Part shown: one piece after another, positions 56,710 to 64,000 of the stretch
How the letters are laid out: each line of letters begins with the position of its first letter
How positions within the stretch are numbered: the stretch's first letter is position 1
Origin: Myxococcota bacterium
GTDB lineage: Bacteria; Myxococcota_A; UBA796; GCA-2862545
NCBI GenBank assembly: GCA_039208735.1
Contig: JBCCQY010000035.1
Coordinates: 1-64,000, forward strand
Length of the DNA: 64,000 bases
Direction of reading: 5' to 3'
Made by a program: the position numbers and the translations under genes
The notes under the pieces: model-generated
What the model was told of the DNA's origin: nothing
Databases searched by the model: none
The model's input: only the letters and a program-made list of their open reading frames with translations

Positions 56710-58776
56710 TCACCCCCGGTCGGCCATGAACTGCTCGTGAACGTCGATGTCGGTGTCGCTTTGTCGAATGCGTACGTAGGTCGCTTCAGGCGTCATGGTT
56801 CGCGAGCGCGCCTGGTCGTCGAGGTAGCGCTGGAGCATCACCTCGCGGATCCACTTGCGAATGCCCTCATCGAGAATGGGCACCAAGGCCTCCACCCGCC
56901 GGTCGAGGTTGCGCTCCATCCAGTCCGCTGAGCCGATGTAGACCCGCGACTCTCCGTCGTTGTGGAACCAGAACACTCGATCGTGCTCGAGGAACCGCCC
57001 GACAATGGAGCGAACAGCAATGTTGTCGGACATGCCAGGCCGGCCCGGAATCAGGCGGCAAATGCCTCGTACGATGAGATCGACCCGCACTCCGGCTCGA
57101 CTGGCATCGTAAAGCGCGTCGATCATGGCCGGATGCGTGACCGAATTGCACTTCACGATGATGTGCGCCGGACGGCCCTCACGAGCCACCGCTGTCTCAC
57201 GGGCGATGTGGTCGAGCAGCGCATCCTTCATATGGTTTGGCGCCACCAACAACTGCCGAAAGCCGTTGGGCCGGGCAAAGCCAGTGAGGCGATTGAACAC
57301 ATCGGCCACATCGGCGGTGATGTCGGGATGAGCCGTGAAGAGCCCCAGGTCGGTGTAGATCCGCGCGGTGGTTGGGTTGTAGTTGCCGGTACCAATGTGC
57401 GCGTAACGAACGAGATCCGTGCCTTCTCGCCGCACCACCATCGCGAGCTTCGAGTGGGTCTTGAGACCCCGCACACCATAGATGACGTGCACTCCGGCCT
57501 CTTCGAGTCGCCGAGCCCACACGATGTTGTTTTCTTCGTCGAACCGTGCCTTCAGCTCCACGATCGCAGCAACTTGCTTGCCCAGCTCGACCGCCTCTTC
57601 AAGCGCGCGGATGATCGGAGAGTCACCGCTGGTGCGGTAGAGCGTCTGCTTGATGGCTTCGACCCGATCATCGCGCGCCGAACGCTGGATGAACTCGACC
57701 ACCGGATCGAAACTCTCGAACGGATGATGCACCAACACATCACGCTGGCGAATCACGTCGTACAGGCTCGTGCCCTCAAGGGTGGGCACGGGCCGCGGGG
57801 TGTAGGGCCGGTACTTCAGTTCGGGCAGGTCGAGGGAAAGCAACTGGGAGAGCCGAGGAACCGCCAAGGGCGCCGGCATCGGCATGACATCGGCGTCCGA
57901 CAGCGCAAGACCCGTCTGAAGCTGCCGGACCAAGTCTTCCGGCATGCCTTCCTCAATCTCAAGCCGAACCGCCTTTCCGAATCGACGCTTTCGCAATTCC
58001 TCTTGCAGCGTCGACATGAGATCTTCGGCTTCGTCTTCCCGAATCTCAAGATCGGCGTCTCGGGTGACCCGAAAGCGCCAAGGCCGCCCGATTTCCATCC
58101 CGGGAAACAGCGAACCTAGGTTGGCTGCGATGAGGTCTTCGAGGAAGAGCAACCGGACCGGCGGCTGAAGCGGCGTGCCGCCTACCGGAATGAGTCGGGG
58201 CAAGTTCGCGAGCGGCACCTTGACCCGCGCGAAGCGCTCCTCTCCATCATCGGGAGACCGGACCCGCATGGCCAGGTTCAGCGAAAGGTTGCTGATGAAG
58301 GGGAAGGGGTGGGTCGGTCCGACCGCGAGCGGCGTGAGGATCGGGTAGATCCGACTCAGGTAGACCTCGTCCGCCCACTTCTTGTCGCTCTTCGACAGCC
58401 CATCGTAGTGCACGAGCGTGACACCGTGCTGTTCAAGAGCGGGCAGCACATCGTCTAGCAAGCATCGCTGGGCTTGCGCGACCATGGGTCGTACGCGCTG
58501 TCGAATGGCGTCCAGCTGGGCTCGGGGGGACATGCCGTCGACGGAGAGCACTTCCACGCCCGCGGCAACCTGGCTTTGCAACCCGCTCACCCGGACCATG
58601 AAGAACTCGTCCAGGTTGGTGTGGAAGATGGTCAAGAAGCGCAGGCGTTCGATCAGGGGATTTCCCTGATCCAACGCCTCTTCGAGAACGCGTTGATTGA
58701 ACTCAAGCCAGGACAGCTCACGGTTCACATACGCATTCGCGACGGGCGCATCGAGACGTCGTGCGGGCTCGCTCAT
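56710..58776 (-). CDS. ppk1: Polyphosphate kinase 1
   Basis: NRELSWLEFNQRVL, NLDEFFMVRV, HPFPFISNLSLN, HHPF, KQTLYR, ELKARFDE, KTHSK and GSADWMERN motifs. Confidence 0.97.
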   Translation of the reverse strand: MSEPARRLDAPVANAYVNRELSWLEFNQRVLEEALDQGNPLIERLRFLTIFHTNLDEFFMVRVSGLQSQVAAGVEVLSVDGMSPRAQLDAIRQRVRPMVAQAQRCLLDDVLPALEQHGVTLVHYDGLSKSDKKWADEVYLSRIYPILTPLAVGPTHPFPFISNLSLNLAMRVRSPDDGEERFARVKVPLANLPRLIPVGGTPLQPPVRLLFLEDLIAANLGSLFPGMEIGRPWRFRVTRDADLEIREDEAEDLMSTLQEELRKRRFGKAVRLEIEEGMPEDLVRQLQTGLALSDADVMPMPAPLAVPRLSQLLSLDLPELKYRPYTPRPVPTLEGTSLYDVIRQRDVLVHHPFESFDPVVEFIQRSARDDRVEAIKQTLYRTSGDSPIIRALEEAVELGKQVAAIVELKARFDEENNIVWARRLEEAGVHVIYGVRGLKTHSKLAMVVRREGTDLVRYAHIGTGNYNPTTARIYTDLGLFTAHPDITADVADVFNRLTGFARPNGFRQLLVAPNHMKDALLDHIARETAVAREGRPAHIIVKCNSVTHPAMIDALYDASRAGVRVDLIVRGICRLIPGRPGMSDNIAVRSIVGRFLEHDRVFWFHNDGESRVYIGSADWMERNLDRRVEALVPILDEGIRKWIREVMLQRYLDDQARSRTMTPEATYVRIRQSDTDIDVHEQFMADRG

Positions 58777-58856
58777 CAGGGGAGGACTCCTCGCAAGCCC
58801 GGTCGAAACGGGCTCGTCGGTTCTAGTGGGGTCTCCAGCCGAATGGTGAGACTATC

Positions 58857-59009
58857 CGGGGGATCGTCCCCATGGGGGCCCGCATTTGAACGTCATGAGA
58901 CGGAAAGACAACTTGCAGCAACAGGATGGTGGACTACAGAAATTTGCTGGTGCTCCGTTGAAGGAAGAGGAGGCGCCAGGCGTCTGCCATTCCGTCTCCC
59001 CATCCCCCG
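58857..59009 (+). ncRNA. Candidate structured RNA / 5' leader element of unknown family
   Basis: Four nested complementary segment pairs, with G-U pairs favouring the + strand; ends just before the RBS at 59018. Confidence 0.3.
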
Positions 59010-59027
59010 ACCGTGTCAGGAGGCGAC

Positions 59028-60692
59028 GTGACCACCCGTCGTACACTGCTCACCTCGGTTGCCTCGGCGGCCGCGCTCCTCATCGCTCCTCGCGTCGCTC
59101 GTGCCGACGATGGTAGCTACGACATCAGCTACCTGTGGTCGAAAGACCTCGAGTCCGTGCTCGACTATCGTGAACTGGTCGCCGATGTCCTCGGCGATGA
59201 GGTTGCACCAGATCTCGTGGTGGTCCGCGGGGGATCCGGCAATTGGGGCCTCCTCTACGATCGCAAGGGCACCGACCCCACCGTGGCCGCACGCATGGCA
59301 CGCGCCCATCACCATGCCCTGCACGAAGCGTTTGGGGCACGTGAAACGCTGGCCACGATGCTCAAGGACCAAGGGTTCGACCACGTCTTTCATGTTCGGT
59401 TCGGGCTCTTTGACGCGGAGGACGACGCGCAAGCCCGCTACAACCGCATCGCAGGGGAACTCGGGCGTAGGGTGCACGAGCGATTGGTCATCGAGCACCC
59501 GAACCCCACCACCTGGCAGGTCGTGGAACGACGGTATGCCACGCCGGGCGACTTGCGTTCCGCCCTGGAACGGTACGCCAACACCCTCCCCGACGTCCCT
59601 GTCGACACCATCGAAGACCGCAACGCACCGCTGTCGTGGGGATTCTCAAGCGGCATGCCCGATCCCCTCGCCGATGAAAGGCACGCCGCTCGACCGTCCA
59701 AGGTGCAAGAAGAAGTGGCGGCCGGTCAGTCAAGCGTCGAGCCCGAAGCCCCCCGCAACCAGAAGTCTCCCCTCGCGGTCACCGAGCCTTCATCCTCGCC
59801 CTCGGCCAAGGCACGCACCAAGAAAACGCCCGCCCCTCGAGCCCCCACGTCGGCAAAGCCGGTGAGTGCGCCCGTGGTGACGGGCAACGCGCTGCCGGGG
59901 GCGGTGCACACGCCCCTTCGGGATTCGATCAACGACTACGTTCAGAAGCTGCGCCGGCGCGGTGTCATCAGCTCCGACGAACGCACCTCCTGGTATGTCC
60001 ACACGCTTCACGACAACCGAACCTGGGTCGCCATCAACGCCGAGCGTCCTTTGCAATCGGCGAGCATGATGAAGCCGTTCGTCGCGCTCGCGTTCTTCCA
60101 TCTCGTCAAGAAAGGACGCTTCGTTTACGGCCCACGAAGCCGACGAAACCTCGAAGCCATGATCCAGGGCTCAAGCAACGCAGCCACCAACTGGGTCATC
60201 GACCAAATCGGAGGACCACGCTCCGTCCACCGGTTGCTCCACGGCAACTACGACGACTTGCTTCATGAAACCTCGATCGTCGAAAAGATTCCCCGGTACG
60301 GACGGGCGTATCGCAACCGAAGCTCCGCGCGGGACTACGTGCGCTTCTGTCGCGCGCTCTGGCGCAACGAACTGCCTTTTTCGCGCGAGCTGCGCCGCTT
60401 GATGGCGCTTCCAGGCCGCGACCGCCTCGCCACCGATGTCGCGGGAATTCCCCAGACCACCGAGGTGCTCAACAAGACCGGCACCACCTCTCACCTGTGC
60501 GGCGACTTCGGCATTCTCGTGGTGCCCTCTCGGCAGGGGCGCACGCCCCTACCTTACACCGTGGTGGGCATCATCGAGAAGCGGCGTCGGGCTCGCAGCT
60601 TCACCAGTTGGTCGCGGTCGCGGGCCAAGGTCATCCGCGATGTGTCGGCCCTCGTGTACCGCGAACTGAAGGACATCTACCCCATCGCCTAA
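59028..60692 (+). CDS. Tat-exported serine hydrolase (class A beta-lactamase/PBP-like) with N-terminal SPOR-like region and Pro/Ser/Ala linker
   Basis: AGGAGG RBS; signal TRRTLL...ARA; SMMK (SxxK), SSN and KTG motifs. Confidence 0.8.
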   Translation: MTTRRTLLTSVASAAALLIAPRVARADDGSYDISYLWSKDLESVLDYRELVADVLGDEVAPDLVVVRGGSGNWGLLYDRKGTDPTVAARMARAHHHALHEAFGARETLATMLKDQGFDHVFHVRFGLFDAEDDAQARYNRIAGELGRRVHERLVIEHPNPTTWQVVERRYATPGDLRSALERYANTLPDVPVDTIEDRNAPLSWGFSSGMPDPLADERHAARPSKVQEEVAAGQSSVEPEAPRNQKSPLAVTEPSSSPSAKARTKKTPAPRAPTSAKPVSAPVVTGNALPGAVHTPLRDSINDYVQKLRRRGVISSDERTSWYVHTLHDNRTWVAINAERPLQSASMMKPFVALAFFHLVKKGRFVYGPRSRRNLEAMIQGSSNAATNWVIDQIGGPRSVHRLLHGNYDDLLHETSIVEKIPRYGRAYRNRSSARDYVRFCRALWRNELPFSRELRRLMALPGRDRLATDVAGIPQTTEVLNKTGTTSHLCGDFGILVVPSRQGRTPLPYTVVGIIEKRRRARSFTSWSRSRAKVIRDVSALVYRELKDIYPIA

Positions 60693-61366
60693 GGCGCGAG
60701 CGGCGTCCCAGATAAAATTGGTGAAAGCTCCGATAAACAGACACCTGGATGCACTGACCCCGCATGGATGTGGCGAAGTTGCACGGTCAGCGTGTCGATG
60801 GCGTACGCCGACCAGCCTGCGTAAAGCACCGCGGGCTTGTCGATCATTTGCCTTAGGTTCGGCTTCATTCCTACCGGATCCTCAACCTCGGCTGCCCCCC
60901 GGAGGCGCCCCGCGGTCAGCGACAGCTCAGAGACGCGACCGTTCTTCTGCAACCGTGTCCGGTCCCCAAAGTGGCCGCCCAAGATGCGCATTCCTTGCAT
61001 CCGGCAACCTGCGGGCACCGAAAACGTCAATGAAGGAAGCCTCCCCTCGTCATCGGTCTCGGCACACCATGCGGAGGAGGGGTTGCCGTCGATGAGATGG
61101 GCGGCCTCATAGGTCTCGGTGACGTGGGCGTCTCGCGTTGCCGAAGCTGTCACCTTGGACACCTTGCAACGGTCGCAATCCGGGCAAGGGTGCGCCGGAT
61201 CGGTGCCGTAGGGAGTGACCGTCAGCGGATCGGGGCCCCGTCGCCCGGCCGAGGGGGTGGCCTTGCGGCCCTTCGCCATGACCGGAGCGTTGGGTTCGAC
61301 CGGCGCCTCGACGGGAGCGGGAGCGGGCGACGAACACCCCAACACAACTGCAAACCACCACCGCAC
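60689..61366 (-). CDS. Putative lipoprotein with a discoidin-like carbohydrate-binding domain
   Basis: GAGGAG RBS; (M)RWWFAVVLGC lipobox-like; ASAT..Y.A.HLIDGNPSSAWC...CLSEL. Confidence 0.7.
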   Translation of the reverse strand: MRWWFAVVLGCSSPAPAPVEAPVEPNAPVMAKGRKATPSAGRRGPDPLTVTPYGTDPAHPCPDCDRCKVSKVTASATRDAHVTETYEAAHLIDGNPSSAWCAETDDEGRLPSLTFSVPAGCRMQGMRILGGHFGDRTRLQKNGRVSELSLTAGRLRGAAEVEDPVGMKPNLRQMIDKPAVLYAGWSAYAIDTLTVQLRHIHAGSVHPGVCLSELSPILSGTPLAP

Positions 61367-61485
61367 CGGCAACTCCTCACAGGCCCCACAGACGCACGCC
61401 CAGGGTCGTTCGCCGCAGCCGCCACCGTTAAACCGTAGCCACACGAGGGGGTGCGCTCGGTTGCCCCTTGGTCCGAGGAGCCCCC

Positions 61486-62241
61486 GTGCGCCTGTTGGTT
61501 TCGAATGACGACGGCATTGAATCGCCGGGCCTTCTGCTCCTGGCCGAGACGCTCCGTGCGGCCCACTACGACGTGTGGGTCGTGGCGCCACGCTTCGAAC
61601 AATCCGCAAAGAGCCACAGCCTCTCGATGCATGATCCGCTGCGCGTCGATGAGGTGGACGAGCGGATGTTTTCCGTGACCGGAACGCCGGCCGACTGCGT
61701 GTATCTGGCCATCCATGGCTTGCTGCCGGGCCCTCCCGACGTCGTGATCAGCGGCATCAACCGAGGGAGCAATCTCGGTTCCGACGTTCACTACAGCGGC
61801 ACCGTTGCCGCAGCGAGGGAGGGGGCTCTGCAGGGCCTGCCGGCGCTCGCTGTCTCGCTCGCAAGTGGCCAAATCGGCGAAGGACCGTACTGGGAGACGG
61901 CGGCCGCGGTGCTGATGCGTTCCCTCGCGGCCATCCTGAAGCAACCGATGCCGCCTCGCACCGTGCTGAACCTCAATGTCCCCGCCTGCCCGCTCGCCGA
62001 GCTGAAGGGCATTCGCGCCTGCCGATTAGGTCATCGCGTCTACGCCCCCAAAGTCGACCGCAGGGTCGATCCGAGGGGCAAGCACTACGTGTGGATCGGC
62101 GGTCCACACTTGCATTTCGAAGGCGGCGAGGACGCGGATGGCCCCGCTATCGAAGCCGGCTGGGCCACCGCCACCCCCCTCGCCTGCGACATCACCGATT
62201 CCCACGAGCTGGAGCGCATTCGTGCCTGGACCGACGACTGA
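61486..62241 (+). CDS. surE: 5'/3'-nucleotidase SurE
   Basis: LVSNDDG, VVAP..EQSA, GTPADC, SGINRGSN and YSGTVAAA motifs. Confidence 0.95.
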   Translation: MRLLVSNDDGIESPGLLLLAETLRAAHYDVWVVAPRFEQSAKSHSLSMHDPLRVDEVDERMFSVTGTPADCVYLAIHGLLPGPPDVVISGINRGSNLGSDVHYSGTVAAAREGALQGLPALAVSLASGQIGEGPYWETAAAVLMRSLAAILKQPMPPRTVLNLNVPACPLAELKGIRACRLGHRVYAPKVDRRVDPRGKHYVWIGGPHLHFEGGEDADGPAIEAGWATATPLACDITDSHELERIRAWTDD

Positions 62242-62263
62242 TTCCGAGTCCCCGACCGCCTGG

Positions 62264-63244
62264 TTGCCATTGGCGCTACGGAGCGCGCTCGGGGGGCTCA
62301 TGATGGGCCTTGCCAACCTCGTCCCTGGAATCTCCGGAGGCACGATGTTGCTGGCGGCCGGAGTCTACCCCCGCTTCATCGAGGGCATCGCCGAGGTCAC
62401 GACGTTCCGGTTCCGGATCCCGTCCTTGATCGTGTTGGGCTCGGTAACGGTCGCAGCCGGACTCGCCATCTTGCTGCTCGCGGGTACCGTCAAAGACCTC
62501 GTCGTGGCCTACCGCTGGATCATGTACAGCTGGTTCATCGGCCTCACGCTGGGCGGCGTTCCCGTGGTTGCCAAACTGATCGGCTCGTCGTGGGACCGCT
62601 CCGTCTGGGTCGGGGCAGCCTTGGGATTCGTGGGCATGGCCACCCTTGGGATCGTCCAGTCGCAGGGCGTCACGACCGCATCCGGGACCGCCGCAGGCCC
62701 GCTGTGGTTTGGGGTGGCGGGGATTGCCGGCGCGTCAGCCATGATCCTACCGGGGGTCTCCGGTGGCTACCTGCTCCTCGTCATGGGCATGTACGTCCCC
62801 ATCTTGGCCGGCATTGATGCGTTCAAAGAGGGCCTGAAAGCGATGGACGTGGGCGCACTGCTCGGCCCAACCTTCGGGATCGTCGTCCCTGTCGGTGTTG
62901 GCGTAGTGGTGGGGATCGTTGGCGTCAGCCACGCCTTGCGCTGGCTCCTCGCTCGCTACGAAACGCTCACCCTTGGAGTGTTGCTGGGGCTTCTCGTTGG
63001 TGCAGTGGTCGGCCTGTGGCCCTTTCAAGAGGGTTTTCCTCCTGAATTGGGATCCGTGTGGAAGGGTCAAGTCGTGACCGATGCCGTGCTTGCCGATCTG
63101 GACGCCGAAGACTACCCAACGCGCTGGTTCCGCCCCTCGGCCCTTCAGGTGCTCGGTTCGCTGTGCCTGATCGCACTTGGCTTCGTGATGACGCTGGGTA
63201 TCGCACGCCTTGGGGCCGAGCCTGAACATGAAGGTGCCCCATGA
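62264..63244 (+). CDS. DUF368 (undecaprenyl-phosphate translocase family) membrane protein
   Basis: MGLANLVPGISGGT and AMILPGVSGG repeats, many TM segments and WPF. Start uncertain (TTG 62264 or ATG 62300). Confidence 0.85.
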   Translation: MPLALRSALGGLMMGLANLVPGISGGTMLLAAGVYPRFIEGIAEVTTFRFRIPSLIVLGSVTVAAGLAILLLAGTVKDLVVAYRWIMYSWFIGLTLGGVPVVAKLIGSSWDRSVWVGAALGFVGMATLGIVQSQGVTTASGTAAGPLWFGVAGIAGASAMILPGVSGGYLLLVMGMYVPILAGIDAFKEGLKAMDVGALLGPTFGIVVPVGVGVVVGIVGVSHALRWLLARYETLTLGVLLGLLVGAVVGLWPFQEGFPPELGSVWKGQVVTDAVLADLDAEDYPTRWFRPSALQVLGSLCLIALGFVMTLGIARLGAEPEHEGAP

Positions 63245-63762
63245 GCGATCTCGCTGCCCGGGTCGAAGCCCGCATCCGTGACATCCCCGACTTCCCAAAG
63301 CCAGGGATTCTCTTCAAGGACATCACCCCCTTGCTTCTCGATCCTGGTCTCTACCAAGAGATGATCCAATGGATGAGCGACGGCTGGGGCGAGGTCGATG
63401 TGCTGGTGGCCATGGAGAGCCGCGGATTCTTGTTCGCCCCCGCCATGATGGGTCCGTTGAACGCGGGATTCGCGCTTGCAAGAAAGGAAGGTAAGCTGCC
63501 GCACAAGACCGAGGCCGTGACCTACGACCTCGAATACGGCACTGCAACCCTCGAGATGCATGTGGACGCGGTGACTTCGGGTCAGCGTGTACTCATCGTC
63601 GACGACCTGTTGGCCACGGGAGGCACCGCCAAGGCCACCATCGATCTGGTCCGGAAGCTCGGCGGCCAGGTGGTGGGGTGTGTCTTTCCGATCGAGTTGG
63701 CCTTTCTCGATGGCCGTTCCAAGCTCGACGTTCCGGTGCGGAGCCTGGTGACCGTGCCATGA
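63241..63762 (+). CDS. apt: Adenine phosphoribosyltransferase
   Basis: [36 protein letters not shown] and [11 protein letters not shown] motifs. Confidence 0.97.
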   Translation: MSDLAARVEARIRDIPDFPKPGILFKDITPLLLDPGLYQEMIQWMSDGWGEVDVLVAMESRGFLFAPAMMGPLNAGFALARKEGKLPHKTEAVTYDLEYGTATLEMHVDAVTSGQRVLIVDDLLATGGTAKATIDLVRKLGGQVVGCVFPIELAFLDGRSKLDVPVRSLVTVP

Positions 63763-64000
63763 ACCTCGTGGGCCTCACGGGCGGGATTGGTACTGGCAAA
63801 TCCACGGTCGCCCGAATTCTCGATGAACTCGGGGCCTCGGTTATCGATGCCGACCAGGTGGCCCGTGAGGTCGTCGCTCCGGGCTCGGAAGGGTTGCGCC
63901 AAATTGTCGAGGCGTTCGGCCAGGAGGTCCTGACCGCGAACGGTACGTTGAATCGCGCCGCAATGCGTCAGCGCATCGTTCGCGACAGCAACGCGAAAGC
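63759..64000 (+). CDS. coaE: Dephospho-CoA kinase (5' part; runs off the window)
   Basis: ATGA overlap with apt; [17 protein letters not shown]...[11 protein letters not shown]...FG...LNR. Confidence 0.92.
   Translation, partial: MNLVGLTGGIGTGKSTVARILDELGASVIDADQVAREVVAPGSEGLRQIVEAFGQEVLTANGTLNRAAMRQRIVRDSNAK

Noticed and set aside
58940..58980. SRP (4.5S) RNA suggested by GAAGGAAG
   Set aside because: Lacks the flanking CAGG and GCAGC internal-loop residues of SRP domain IV.

Overview
GC-rich bacterial chromosomal window, probably from a Myxococcota-like organism (MYXO-CTERM-like tail, DxDxDG/DCND metal-binding motif protein, Hanks-type kinases). It is densely coded with about 45 genes and one tRNA-Pro(GGG). 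I found no integrase, IS element or CRISPR array. Housekeeping genes are purH-purD, tatB-tatC, trmL, tgt, ppk1 and surE-DUF368-apt-coaE. Notable content: two divergent AddB-AddA-type helicase-nuclease pairs about 22 kb apart, one in an addB-addA-sbcD-sbcC run that converges on a KptA/Tpt1-like-Nudix fusion gene; an ArmA/Rmt/Sgm-type 16S rRNA methyltransferase coupled to tgt; betaine-lipid btaAB genes downstream of ppk1 and an HDAC-family gene with an extra C-terminal domain; a chaC gene with an in-frame TAG at the expected catalytic Glu; two apparent pseudo-enzymes (a membrane pseudokinase and a degenerate GpsA behind plsB); a surface-anchored pentaheme cytochrome; and a candidate structured RNA at 58857-59009. 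All family assignments come from reading motifs by eye, not from database searches. Several start codons were re-picked using RBS and overlap evidence.
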